IMG/VR virus record: IMGVR_UViG_3300029887_000004
Source: a virus
Taxonomy: Duplodnaviria; Heunggongvirae; Uroviricota; Caudoviricetes
Reading direction: 5' to 3' (one strand)
DNA: 57,747 bases
Below the pieces are notes generated by a model. That model saw only the letters and a list, made by a program, of their open reading frames with translations, had not been told where the DNA came from and searched no databases. Both the position numbers and the translations under genes were made by a program. This document shows positions 31,337 to 41,152 of the stretch, in pieces (positions within the stretch are counted from its first letter, which is position 1; each line of letters starts with the position of its first letter).

Positions 31337-32538
31337 ATTTCCACCTCTTCAACAGTAAAAGTATTTTTAATAAGAGTTAAGAGATCATAGTTATTAGATT
31401 GTGAATAATTGTATAAGTCAGCAATATTAACACTATCCGAATGATGAATTGTTATTTCTTTATGTGGTTTATTGACTGTTTGACTATTTTTCTTTTGCAC
31501 TTTTTCTACTTGCATAGACATCATCCCATTGTATGACGCATTAAAAATATCAATACTTAATTTCTCTGTGTTGCTCATAATGGCTAATTCCTGTGCTCTA
31601 TAAAATAACGATACAACAGTTGACGTCACTCCGTTTGAATGAGTATACAACCAATTTATGATTTTTTCTGATGGTTCTGTGTATTGTTGCACATATTGAA
31701 ATTTTAATAGATTTTTGCAAAAATGTATAAAATCATCATCATAATCATTTTGTAAATATCGCAAGCCTATTGTCCTTCGTTCCAGATGTGGTGCGCTTTC
31801 AAACCAATGTAGACATTCTGGTGTTCCAACCATACATACACTAATTCCACTACTATTTATAATCTGTGTTAACGCCCCAATAAGTTTATCACCGTTTTTA
31901 TTATTAACTACGTTTTGAATCTCATCAACAATAAGTACCCCAACATGATTTAAACATATTTGGCTAACAAAACCGATTAGTCTATCCGTAGTATACCGTT
32001 GTGCTATCTGTAAATAATCTCCATCCAATGTAGCATCAAGAATACGAACGATTTCTAACAATAGACTTTTTACAGAAGAGTCAAATGGGCATTGCACAAG
32101 TATAAAAGGAGCAATTCGTTGATATGGGTCTGTTGTTTCGATAAAATGATTTCCGAAAATCAATGAGATCGCTCTGGTAATAGCACTACTCTTCCCTATG
32201 CCAGAAACTCCAATGATTGTAAACGAATCAGCACCACCTATAATACCATTATACGTTTGTATGGTGTTTGTTGTATTTTCGATTCTTTGCTGTTTTACCA
32301 TCATATCATTTTCTTTTTTCTTAATCGACCTGAGTAATGCCATATACAATTTATTATATACATCAACAGATAATTGTGATGGAATATAAATATCATATAA
32401 TTCTGATAACGCCAGAAGACGAGTTGGCATTGTTTCATTGGCAATGTTTATATTATAGTTTGGTAATATCTTCAGTCGTTCTACTAATTCGTTTTCACAT
32501 AAAAAATCAGGCAATTGTGAAAGTAATTTACCGTTCAT
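31330..32538 (-). CDS. tnsC: Tn7-like AAA+ ATPase TnsC
   Basis: Walker A GVSGIGKS, CPFDSS, Walker B LIVDEIQ, VGTPE. Confidence 0.88.
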   Translation of the reverse strand: MNGKLLSQLPDFLCENELVERLKILPNYNINIANETMPTRLLALSELYDIYIPSQLSVDVYNKLYMALLRSIKKKENDMMVKQQRIENTTNTIQTYNGIIGGADSFTIIGVSGIGKSSAITRAISLIFGNHFIETTDPYQRIAPFILVQCPFDSSVKSLLLEIVRILDATLDGDYLQIAQRYTTDRLIGFVSQICLNHVGVLIVDEIQNVVNNKNGDKLIGALTQIINSSGISVCMVGTPECLHWFESAPHLERRTIGLRYLQNDYDDDFIHFCKNLLKFQYVQQYTEPSEKIINWLYTHSNGVTSTVVSLFYRAQELAIMSNTEKLSIDIFNASYNGMMSMQVEKVQKKNSQTVNKPHKEITIHHSDSVNIADLYNYSQSNNYDLLTLIKNTFTVEEVEIC

Positions 32539-34268
32539 CTTTTAACTCCTCCCCTAGCAATCAACTCGATCTCATTCATCAAATCAATTTTCGCCTGTCT
32601 TGCATTATTTTGTTCGGAACGTAGTGTTGTTTTGCTCTGTTCTTTGATCTGTTCCACTTCATCCAATTTTCTATTCTTATATCTGCTTTCAACCAATACG
32701 AACGGCATGAAATCGCCCTTCTCTACTGTCCATACTACAGATACATCATCTGGATCGTAAGCAACCTTAACATCTCCACCTTGCAGGAATCTTTCGGCGC
32801 AATCATCCCGTTTATACCGCATCCCATTTACCACTAGACCACGCCTAGTAAATGTCCCAATGGTACGTGGGAGCAGATATAGGATTATTTTCGCGGTGTC
32901 ATGCGGGAATGAAATTAAATTTGCGCCTGGTTGCCGTCTTCCCCATTCCCATATACTGGCTGCATATGGCTTTACTCCATCATGAATCATAGATTGTGTG
33001 TAAGGGAATCGTTCTATGAGCCGTTGACTGTTATAGTAAATGATACAGCGTAAGATGATCTTCTCAAAATCAAACATCGTCAAGCAAGCATCTAGTCTGT
33101 AATCTCTTGCACCTCGTTCCTGGAAGTCCGGATCAATCACACCTTTGCCCTTGAGAAGTGGTTTATACATGGATTGGATGATGTCAAAGAATTTCTCTAC
33201 AGCACCTTTCAGCTCTGGTCTGTATGGTGGAAGATTTACCATGGTCACGCCTGTTTCTGTAATCTGTGCAAAGGATTCTGATGTGTATTCCCGTCCCATA
33301 TCAGTTACAAAGATGCCAGGTAACTCTTGCACGTTCCACTGGGATTTGTCTAGTGGGATACCAAACTTTCTACACCATTCTGTTTTGTCGGTAAGTATAT
33401 TTTGGAGCAGATGGCATAAACTCTTTGTATCGTTATTCCATGAGAGAACATAGCCATAACACATACTACTGTAAGCATCAATGCAAGTGGTTAGGATCGG
33501 ACGACCTTTTAAGGTACCAGTTTCGTCAATAAGGTAGATATCACATACGGTGGAATCAAACATACCAGTGCCGATATTGGTTGCAAACTCACGGATACCA
33601 TCTCCTAGCAAGGGACGATTGTTACGCTGGTAATTTGACAGTCCATCTCTGGAAATAAAATAAGTTTGGAGCTTCTTAGTCTTCCGGTAAAAGTATCGGA
33701 ACTGATAAAAGGATGGATGGTCGGATAGTAACTGTCCCATGCTGTCACAATACTTTTCTTTTAACATCATCTCATATGCTGTAACAAGACTGTTTTGTCT
33801 GCGTGTATAGAAGAACTTATTCAATGCCCATCTCATGTTCTTCTCATCTTTGGTCAGTACCTTTTCTTTCGTATGAACTTTTGGTGCAAGTACAGTGATG
33901 GTCTGAAAGATTAGATATTGATACAGATAGCGGCGGATAGTCTGCTTACTAATGTTATGCTCTTCTGAGATGGAAGAGATGATGTTTGCAGTTGCTGTGC
34001 TTTCTCCTAAGTGGTATAGGATCGGTGCAATCAGTGTGTACCGCTCATGTGCAATGCGCATCTGATCGGATGTAAGCTCCTGTTCGGCTGGTGGGGCGAT
34101 GTTGAGTGCATCATATAATTGCTTTTCTGGCAATGGGGTATATTGCGTTCTGAGCGTCCAGAATGGCATTTTCGGATGGAGACAGTCAATTACAAGGGTC
34201 TGGTTATCTGATGTCTTTAAAATTCTGTAGAACGTGTTATTGATATAGGCTATATCAGCTTTCTGCAT
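32535..34268 (-). CDS. tnsB: Tn7-like DDE transposase TnsB
   Basis: FDST (D), GRP...IDAYS, VTDMGREY (D), PPYRPELKGAVE (E); Mu-like C-terminal YDPDD. Confidence 0.9.
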   Translation of the reverse strand: MQKADIAYINNTFYRILKTSDNQTLVIDCLHPKMPFWTLRTQYTPLPEKQLYDALNIAPPAEQELTSDQMRIAHERYTLIAPILYHLGESTATANIISSISEEHNISKQTIRRYLYQYLIFQTITVLAPKVHTKEKVLTKDEKNMRWALNKFFYTRRQNSLVTAYEMMLKEKYCDSMGQLLSDHPSFYQFRYFYRKTKKLQTYFISRDGLSNYQRNNRPLLGDGIREFATNIGTGMFDSTVCDIYLIDETGTLKGRPILTTCIDAYSSMCYGYVLSWNNDTKSLCHLLQNILTDKTEWCRKFGIPLDKSQWNVQELPGIFVTDMGREYTSESFAQITETGVTMVNLPPYRPELKGAVEKFFDIIQSMYKPLLKGKGVIDPDFQERGARDYRLDACLTMFDFEKIILRCIIYYNSQRLIERFPYTQSMIHDGVKPYAASIWEWGRRQPGANLISFPHDTAKIILYLLPRTIGTFTRRGLVVNGMRYKRDDCAERFLQGGDVKVAYDPDDVSVVWTVEKGDFMPFVLVESRYKNRKLDEVEQIKEQSKTTLRSEQNNARQAKIDLMNEIELIARGGVKR

Positions 34269-34599
34269 CTGTTACAATCCCCCAATCTTGAACGCTATGG
34301 GCAAGCCAGTAGGAACGCGATGTGTCCAGAAGTTTGATTGTAAGTGGCTTGGGCTTGGTCAGATGACTTCGTTCTACACACTCTCGGACATATTGTGTGC
34401 CATCCTGTCGGGTGATAAGGAAGTCTGTTGTGTAGTCTTCATCTTCGAGTGGCGCATTGCATTGGAAGGATTGGACAGATGGATCGGTTTGGAGCTTATC
34501 TGCATAAACAGATTGGATGGTGCTGTAGCATCGGCAGATCGTGTCACATTTGGAGAGAGACTTTTTCTCACAGCGTCCTTTGTAGTTTTTCTTGTACAT
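34255..34599 (-). CDS. tnsA: Short TnsA-like protein
   Basis: First gene of the operon; YTTDFL...VRECV, SRSYW...DWGIVT; 114 aa only; GGAGG SD. Confidence 0.7.
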   Translation of the reverse strand: MYKKNYKGRCEKKSLSKCDTICRCYSTIQSVYADKLQTDPSVQSFQCNAPLEDEDYTTDFLITRQDGTQYVRECVERSHLTKPKPLTIKLLDTSRSYWLAHSVQDWGIVTDAES

Positions 34600-34619
34600 A
34601 GTGTACCTCCTTTGATTTT

Positions 34620-34810
34620 ATGTGTCGAAAAAGTTACCCAAAAATGAATTATGTGTTTTTTAAAAAGTACCCAAAAATGCTTGTTTTTGGGCGTGTGTAA
34701 GAATAAGTACCCAAATCCTGTTGTTTTTGGGAAAATCTGGGAAAGCAAGAATCCAGTGTTTATGCGGGTTCCCAGACTTTTTGATATTTATCATTACACA
34801 TCCCCAAAAA
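34620..34810. repeat. Cluster of direct and inverted ACCCAAAAA-type repeats upstream of tnsA
   Basis: Three TGTGT..AAGT(T)ACCCAAA copies (34620, 34651, 34693); inverted pair 34684-34706/34788-34810; TCTGGGAA/TTCCCAGA. Confidence 0.7.
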
Positions 34811-34829
34811 TAGAGTAAAAAATATACTA

Positions 34830-35321
34830 TGTTTCAAGGCAACCTCCTTGAGCCTAAAAAGGGCAAAACTGTTGGTTCTGCCGCTGATATGACTATAGAA
34901 TATTTAATAGATATTTTGACATATATTTTCGTGTAAACTTTTCCGACTGGAAGGTTTGGTCTATGTTTGAAGAGGGCAGGTGAGAAATGGATATGAACGT
35001 ATGAAATCTGAATTTCATCTGCTTTTCATCGTAAAATTTCAATTGTCCTAATCACAAAAACCCAGTATTTAAGCCTTTTTATCTGTGCATGATTTACTAT
35101 TAACATAAAAAAGACCTCATAACCACATTTTCTATGGTTACAAGGTCTTCGTTTTGTGTTTTATGAACAATTCGGCTTGCGTCTGGACTGATGATCGGGA
35201 AAAGGGGCGGTTGGAAGCTGGTCGGTGATCTGTTAGCGAACGGCTAGAGGATCAGTGACTTTGCCCTTTTGAGGATCAACTGGATTGCCCTTTTGAGGAT
35301 CAACTGGATTGCCCTTTGACA
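34830..35321. mobile_element. 492-bp non-autonomous mini-element with TGT...ACA ends and tandem transposase-binding-like sites
   Basis: Left end TGTTTCAA-GGCAACCTCCTTGAGCCTA-AAAAG-GGCAAAAC; right end (reverse complement) TGTCAAAG-GGCAATCCAGTTGATCCTC-AAAAG with three sites at 24-bp period; no 5-bp target-site duplication. Confidence 0.75.
35107..35149 (-). terminator. Terminator-like hairpin inside the mini-element
   Basis: AAGACCT-TG-TAACCA...TGGTTA-TG-AGGTCTT followed by TTTT on the minus strand. Confidence 0.5.
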
Positions 35322-35343
35322 TAGAGAAAACCTTGTTGGGGAT

Positions 35344-35372
35344 ATTATAACTTCAGATTTTCTCCATGTCAA
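35344..35372 (-). promoter_or_regulatory. Perfect consensus sigma70 promoter firing into the mini-element
   Basis: TTGACA-17nt-TATAAT on the minus strand. Confidence 0.8.
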
Positions 35373-35990
35373 CTATCCTACTACTCTAACTTCTGCATAA
35401 TACATGCCAGAGTTAAGAGCTTCTGAATGGCTGTCAACATAAATATCAACGCATCCACTTGGTACTCCTCTGTCTTCTACTGTATAAATCTGCCCATTGA
35501 TTTCTACTTTAGTTCCAAAAGGTAAATCTGCCATGGCAACAGTTCTTCCTGATACTGGATACGCGCCAGATGCCGTTGGACTGCCAGTCCAAGAACCATT
35601 GCAGCTTGCGCATCCACAATAGTGAGTAATTCGATATGTACCGAGACTATATCCAGAATACGATGTTGCTACTGGTGATGACTCAATTGGTTGGGATTGC
35701 AGAATGGGTTCAGAAACTAGAGGTACATCAGAAAGATATTCGTTAGACATATAGAACATCTGATCATTAATTTTTACTTTTGCCCAGTTGTTATCTGTGA
35801 TTTCTAAAACCTCTACAGAAGATCCATATGGTAAAGCTCCGATTTTCTTTGTGTTGGTGGAATTTCCAACACGATAATTAAGACCGATGGTAGGTTCAAC
35901 ATATTTAGTCTCTGCATTAGCCAATGTTGGAGTGAGTAATACGGTTAGTAGAGTTACAGTAGTTGCTAGTTTTTTCTTAAAATTATTCAA
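35373..35990 (-). CDS. Secreted SH3b + 3D-domain cell-wall protein
   Basis: Signal peptide; LNYRVG SH3-like motif; ITHYC, TASG, VEDRG, VDIY 3D motifs; TTG start after AGGAGG. Confidence 0.85.
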   Translation of the reverse strand: MNNFKKKLATTVTLLTVLLTPTLANAETKYVEPTIGLNYRVGNSTNTKKIGALPYGSSVEVLEITDNNWAKVKINDQMFYMSNEYLSDVPLVSEPILQSQPIESSPVATSYSGYSLGTYRITHYCGCASCNGSWTGSPTASGAYPVSGRTVAMADLPFGTKVEINGQIYTVEDRGVPSGCVDIYVDSHSEALNSGMYYAEVRVVG

Positions 35991-35994
35991 TGGT

Positions 35995-36234
35995 TTAGAC
36001 CTCCTGACTTTCATATACTTGTACTTCTTTAGCAAGCTCTGCTGCCATTTCACCCTCATAAGAGAATGCTACTGGCTTATTCAAGGCAAGGCTAAAGATA
36101 CCCATAATGGATTTGGCGTCAACAACATATCTTCCAGATACAAGTGTTGCATCTCCAGGATATTTGCTGACAGTTACGACAAACGCTTTTACTTTATCAA
36201 CGTTGTCAAGAATGATTTGTTTTTGTAGTTTCAT
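35995..36234 (-). CDS. HPr-like protein lacking His15
   Basis: VDAKSIMGIFSL (Ser46 region); AAGGAG SD before MKLQK. Confidence 0.8.
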   Translation of the reverse strand: MKLQKQIILDNVDKVKAFVVTVSKYPGDATLVSGRYVVDAKSIMGIFSLALNKPVAFSYEGEMAAELAKEVQVYESQEV

Positions 36235-36257
36235 TGTTTTGTTCTCCTTTGCATAAT

Positions 36258-36447
36258 TTATATTTTGCAACAATAGCCACATGTGCCATTGGTACATTCG
36301 AAATATTCTTCCCATGTAATCATATTTTTGGAACTGAGGAAGCATGATTGATCCGCAGCGTGGACAAGTTAACATTCTCTCGTCCACTGCTGCACATTGA
36401 GCATCCCATGCCCAGATTTCTTCTCTGTATCGTAGATCATCATCCAT
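36258..36447 (-). pseudogene. Small Zn-finger gene, apparently frameshifted and fused to the HPr-like ORF
   Basis: CPRC in one frame; WEEYFECTNGTCGYCCKI* in the +1 frame. Confidence 0.45.
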
Positions 36448-37202
36448 TAGTTTCTACCTGTACTGCCAAATCCGCCACGACTCTTGCCTTCTAGTTCTTT
36501 GACAGTTTCGAAGTGAATTTCAGGCTGTTTCTTCATGATACGGAATTGGCAGATACGATCATTTTTATGAATAACTGTATCTTCCATAGCAATTGCTGGA
36601 TATTTCCAAATATCGTTTGCTCCGCAATAGGAGTTGTCTACAATTCCAATTGAATTACATTGCATAATTTTAAAGTTCTTATATGTACTACTTCTAGGTG
36701 CAATATGAGCTTCATACCCGTCAGGAAGCTTCATTCCTACACCAAGAGAAATAAGTCTAAATTCACCTTTTTTGAGATGTACGTCTTCTGCAGCTCTTAG
36801 ATCGATCCAATCACCATTCTGAATAGGTGCAATTGGTTCAATATCTGCAAAGTATTTAATTTTAATTGTTTCTGTATCCATAGAATTATTCTCCTCTTCT
36901 TTTGTTTTCTTTAAGACTTTTTGGTTCACCATGGTTTTCATGATACGATTGATTTTTCTATCAATCTCTTTGACAATCTTGTTATTACCATATTCTCTAT
37001 TGTAATAAGGAATATAGAGCTGATTATGATCTGAGTCGAACACTTGATAGAATACGTCCTGTTCCTCAAGATCAATATATAGACGAAACTCAATCGTATC
37101 TTTATATACGCTCCTTCGATAACAACCAAAGGAGAATCCATTCTTTCTGAGCTTATTATTGGAGAGATCTGTTACTAATTCATAATTGTTTAAGTCAAGC
37201 AT
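36447..37202 (-). CDS. dut: Trimeric dUTPase with an N-terminal extension
   Basis: DWIDL, APRSS, GIVDNSY, RICQ and RGGFGSTG motifs. Confidence 0.9.
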   Translation of the reverse strand: MLDLNNYELVTDLSNNKLRKNGFSFGCYRRSVYKDTIEFRLYIDLEEQDVFYQVFDSDHNQLYIPYYNREYGNNKIVKEIDRKINRIMKTMVNQKVLKKTKEEENNSMDTETIKIKYFADIEPIAPIQNGDWIDLRAAEDVHLKKGEFRLISLGVGMKLPDGYEAHIAPRSSTYKNFKIMQCNSIGIVDNSYCGANDIWKYPAIAMEDTVIHKNDRICQFRIMKKQPEIHFETVKELEGKSRGGFGSTGRN

Positions 37203-37873
37203 ATAGATACCTCCTTACTTAGATATTTGAGAAAATCATCCCATTGTTCCTCAGAATGGATAAATTCTTTACCCTTAAGCATCTTTTTACGCATCAGTTT
37301 TTTAATTGGATCAGGCTTATATTGTTTCATTTTCTGCATACGCTCAAAGATATAATTGGATGTAGCACGAGATATGATAAGAAATTTATCTTTTGGGACA
37401 TCTTTTACAACCTGTTTATACTGTTCAAGATCCGATTCTGGGATTTCATATTTTTGTTTTGGGAGATTTCTGGTTGAGAATGGTGAAATATCTGCTCCAT
37501 ATGTGGATGCCTTAAGAAGTGTTGCAATATAAGAAAGGTCTTTTGGATGAAAATGAAATTCAATTTCTTCATCATTTTCCATGATATGTTTTACTGTTCC
37601 TTCGGATAATAGTTGAGAAAAAAGTTCTTCGTATGGTATTTTATCTTCAATTTGAATTTTATCTAACGCAATTGTTCTGAGAATGTTATGACCTCTTCCA
37701 ATTGACGGAATGTATGCAACAAGGTCATTTCTGCCATAGTAATATATTTGATTACCATATTGACACTTGATATAGATATCATCTGTATCAAGATTTCCTT
37801 TATCGTCTCGTGGAAAATCATTTGTATCATGATCCAGATTAGCCATTAGACGATATGTACCTTTGTATTTCAT
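37190..37873 (-). CDS. Hypothetical phage protein
   Basis: 227-aa ORF within the operon. Confidence 0.7.
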   Translation of the reverse strand: MKYKGTYRLMANLDHDTNDFPRDDKGNLDTDDIYIKCQYGNQIYYYGRNDLVAYIPSIGRGHNILRTIALDKIQIEDKIPYEELFSQLLSEGTVKHIMENDEEIEFHFHPKDLSYIATLLKASTYGADISPFSTRNLPKQKYEIPESDLEQYKQVVKDVPKDKFLIISRATSNYIFERMQKMKQYKPDPIKKLMRKKMLKGKEFIHSEEQWDDFLKYLSKEVSICLT

Positions 37874-37899
37874 TAGTGGACTTGGCGTAATATCACCTC

Positions 37900-38178
37900 C
37901 TAATATTCTTCGTACAGTGTTTCGCTGCTAACTGGGATTTTATTCTTTTCAGCTTGTTTAACTGCTTTAAGAGCTTCTTTTCGATCAAAGAAAATCGTCT
38001 CGCCAATATTATCATAGCTGAAAAGATATGCTATTTTAGTACGTTTTTCCATGCCACAGAACCATCTATTTTCTTCATCAATAGTACGAATTTTAAGCTC
38101 GTATACATCGTATAAGCCTAATGTTGGCATAATTCTGGCGTAGTATAAAATGTCGTTTTTATGTAGTTGTTGTGTCAT
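37900..38178 (-). CDS. Hypothetical phage protein
   Basis: 92-aa ORF within the operon. Confidence 0.7.
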   Translation of the reverse strand: MTQQLHKNDILYYARIMPTLGLYDVYELKIRTIDEENRWFCGMEKRTKIAYLFSYDNIGETIFFDRKEALKAVKQAEKNKIPVSSETLYEEY

Positions 38179-38181
38179 TTG

Positions 38182-38676
38182 TTATAGGAATTCCTCCGTT
38201 CTATCTTGCCATGTTCCATCATTTTGTTTTTCCCAGATTTTTTGATTTTTGCTTCCGCGAAACGCGATAGAAAGATCTTTTTGATCTTTAAGAAATTTTC
38301 CATCGATTATGTAATCGAGATATTTTAAGATTGGATAATTAGAAACGTCCTTAAACGAATATCCTGTCCATAGCCAAATTTGCTTATCAGGATATGCTTC
38401 TTTACATTTTTTTGCAAGTGTCATAATATCATTCACATTTTGTTGACAAAGTGGTTCACCGCCAAGAATACTGATACGTTTAATATATTCTCTTCCTGCC
38501 AATGAAAGAAAATGTTCGATTTGTTTTTCACCAAACTCTTTTCCGCCAGAAAAATCCCAAGCTATAGAATTAAAGCATCCTTCGCAATGGGGTGATGGAC
38601 ACCCCTGTGCGAAAAATGAAATTCCAACTTGTTTACCATTTACAACATCACAATCTAAAACTTCTGCATAATTCAT
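38182..38676 (-). CDS. nrdG: Anaerobic ribonucleotide reductase activase
   Basis: GCPSPHCEGCFN, LGGEP, WTGY, RGSKNQ; adjacent to nrdD. Confidence 0.93.
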   Translation of the reverse strand: MNYAEVLDCDVVNGKQVGISFFAQGCPSPHCEGCFNSIAWDFSGGKEFGEKQIEHFLSLAGREYIKRISILGGEPLCQQNVNDIMTLAKKCKEAYPDKQIWLWTGYSFKDVSNYPILKYLDYIIDGKFLKDQKDLSIAFRGSKNQKIWEKQNDGTWQDRTEEFL

Positions 38677-38679
38677 AAG

Positions 38680-40977
38680 TTAAAGCTCCTTTTTTGTACC
38701 TGAATGTTTAGTTCTTAACTCTACTTCTTGCTGTTTCCCGATATTGAATGCAGTCTTGTAGTCTCCTGTGAGATAGCCTGTTACTCTTCTTAATCTTCGA
38801 ATATTTGTACAACCGCATACAGGGCATTCATTTCCAATTTCTCCTGTATGCCCGCAGTTTGTACACATATCATTTGGAACATTAACTGCAAAATACGGAA
38901 TATCATGATCCATTGCGTAATTTACGATATCTTCCAATGCTTCAAGATTATGGTCTACTGTAGATTCGAGTTCGACATATGTAATACAACCTGCAGAGCT
39001 GTATCCTGTTAATTGAGATTCAATATCAATTTTCTCAAATGGATTTACTTTTTCCCATACTGGAACATGCATTGAATTTGTAAAGAACTCTTTATCAGAA
39101 ACATTTTTAATAACACCATATTTGTCCTTGAATTTCTTCAGTGCGGTGTGACATAAATTTTCTGATGGGGAGAAATATACGCCAAAATTAAGCTTATATT
39201 GCTGTTTAAATTCATTGCATCTCGTTTTAAATAGCGATTCAATTCTTTTCGCAAGTTCCATGCCTCTACTTGTAGTCTGATTGCGACCGATTAAAATTTG
39301 AAGTGCTTCAGCAAGTCCTAATTGTCCGACTGCTAAAGTTCCATGTTTTAATGCTGATCGAATACCTTCTTCTGGAATATAACCTTCCATTACGCCATTT
39401 TCGTACATAAATTTAGCAGAATCTGGTGATTGTGAACAAATCCATTCAAATCTTTCAAGTAGCATATCTTTTGCTTCATGAATTTTTCTATCAAGAATAC
39501 TCATAAATTCTTCTACTACAATTTCATTTTTACACCAATCATATTTTGATACAGTAATAAAATTTTTAGATTCTTCTGGAATCTTATCCCATACTAAATC
39601 AATTGCTTCCATTGCTAGTGTTGGCAAAATAATTGTTACAGGACAAATATTTCCTCTTCCATCTTTAGTTTGCCCCATTCCATTAATGTCCCATCCATTA
39701 GCAGTACGACATCCCATTGTTGAAAAATATGTTTTTGGATCATTTACATCATATCCAGCGTTACCAGACCAATCAACATTAGCATAGTTTGGATATAAAC
39801 GCTTTGCTGTCGATTTAAGTGCAAGTTGGAATAAATCATAATTAGGATCGCCTGGTTTACGGTTTACACCTTTCATACATTGAAAAATCCCACATGGGAA
39901 AATAGACGTCTTATGTAACTTACCAATTCCTTTGATAGACACATCGAGAATAGCTTTTGTCACCATACGTCCTTCAGGCTCAGTACATGTTCCGTAATTA
40001 ATTGACGTAAATGGTAACTGATTTCCTGATCTACTTTGTAATGTATTTAAATTATGATACATACCTTCTGCTGCCTGATAAACTTCTTTCTTGGTCATGT
40101 CAAGAGCGTATGTATATGCTTTATTATTTTCTTTCCACCAGCTTGAATCAATAGATTGTTCTTCTGTAAAGCATTCAGGGTCATTAATAATATCATAGAC
40201 ATATTGTTGAATATACTGCTCATCTTTTGCTTCAACGTATCTAAGGCCATCTACATAATGTTTATAAAAACTTTTCCTTACGTATGGAACCATTGTCCAA
40301 TCTAAATGAGTAGATGATACTCCTCCAAACTCTTGTAGACTTTGTAGCTGAAAAATAACAGCCAAAAGTTGAAATGCCGTATTAATTGATTGCGCTGGTC
40401 TTACATCTGTTTGGCGAGTATTAAATCCATTTTTTAATAATTTATCAAACGGAATACTTAAACAGTTGTGCATTCCAGTTGCATAAGAATTTAAATCGTG
40501 GATATAAACCTCATTATTTAAATGATTTTCTCGTGCCATCTTGGACATACAATTGTCTAGTGCATATTTCTTTAACACAACATCGCTGGCTTCCCCAACT
40601 CTTCCACCAAAAGATTTTTCGTCGATATTGGCATTTTGGTTTTGGACGTTTGTTGCCATAAGTTTTTCCGTGATATCTTTCATTAATTGTGTTTTATTCT
40701 CACGGATTCTTGTACGGTCATTTCGATATAAAATGAAAGCTTTTGCTACATCTTTTCGACGACTCTGCATAAGTTTTTCTTCAACCATATCCTGAATTTC
40801 TTCTACAGAAAGTTCTTCTTTTTCTTGATTGGCAATATACGAAGCGATATCAGAAGATTTGTTTTTGGATTCTTGTGTAATTTCACCATCAACTTCTTCA
40901 AATGCTTTTAATACTGCATTTTTGATCTTATCTCTATCAAAAACAACACTTCGCCCATCACGTTTTACTACCTTCAT
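38680..40977 (-). CDS. nrdD: Class III anaerobic ribonucleoside-triphosphate reductase
   Basis: ATP cone (VVKRDG), MGCRT, CxxC...CxxC, RRVTGYL glycyl-radical motif. Confidence 0.96.
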   Translation of the reverse strand: MKVVKRDGRSVVFDRDKIKNAVLKAFEEVDGEITQESKNKSSDIASYIANQEKEELSVEEIQDMVEEKLMQSRRKDVAKAFILYRNDRTRIRENKTQLMKDITEKLMATNVQNQNANIDEKSFGGRVGEASDVVLKKYALDNCMSKMARENHLNNEVYIHDLNSYATGMHNCLSIPFDKLLKNGFNTRQTDVRPAQSINTAFQLLAVIFQLQSLQEFGGVSSTHLDWTMVPYVRKSFYKHYVDGLRYVEAKDEQYIQQYVYDIINDPECFTEEQSIDSSWWKENNKAYTYALDMTKKEVYQAAEGMYHNLNTLQSRSGNQLPFTSINYGTCTEPEGRMVTKAILDVSIKGIGKLHKTSIFPCGIFQCMKGVNRKPGDPNYDLFQLALKSTAKRLYPNYANVDWSGNAGYDVNDPKTYFSTMGCRTANGWDINGMGQTKDGRGNICPVTIILPTLAMEAIDLVWDKIPEESKNFITVSKYDWCKNEIVVEEFMSILDRKIHEAKDMLLERFEWICSQSPDSAKFMYENGVMEGYIPEEGIRSALKHGTLAVGQLGLAEALQILIGRNQTTSRGMELAKRIESLFKTRCNEFKQQYKLNFGVYFSPSENLCHTALKKFKDKYGVIKNVSDKEFFTNSMHVPVWEKVNPFEKIDIESQLTGYSSAGCITYVELESTVDHNLEALEDIVNYAMDHDIPYFAVNVPNDMCTNCGHTGEIGNECPVCGCTNIRRLRRVTGYLTGDYKTAFNIGKQQEVELRTKHSGTKKEL

Positions 40978-41138
40978 TCCTTAGACTCCTCCTCTTCTTT
41001 CGCGTATCTACAATGAATACCATCACAGTCTTGTGCTGATTGTTCATCCGCCATTTTTGATACTATGCATAATGATGTGACAAAAATTCCAACACCACTG
41101 CCTATCACCATTCCGATAAGAAAACTTAATACATTCAT
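40974..41138 (-). CDS. Small membrane protein (DUF3789-like)
   Basis: FLIGMVIGSGVGIFVTSLC; AAGGAG SD. Confidence 0.55.
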   Translation of the reverse strand: MNVLSFLIGMVIGSGVGIFVTSLCIVSKMADEQSAQDCDGIHCRYAKEEEESKE

Positions 41139-41152
41139 AACAAATTTCTCCT

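Noticed and set aside
35247..35321. 24-bp direct repeats beside a Tn7-like operon as a CRISPR array (CAST)
   Set aside because: Repeats are contiguous with no spacers, end in ACA, have an inverted partner at 34830, and no cas gene is in the window.
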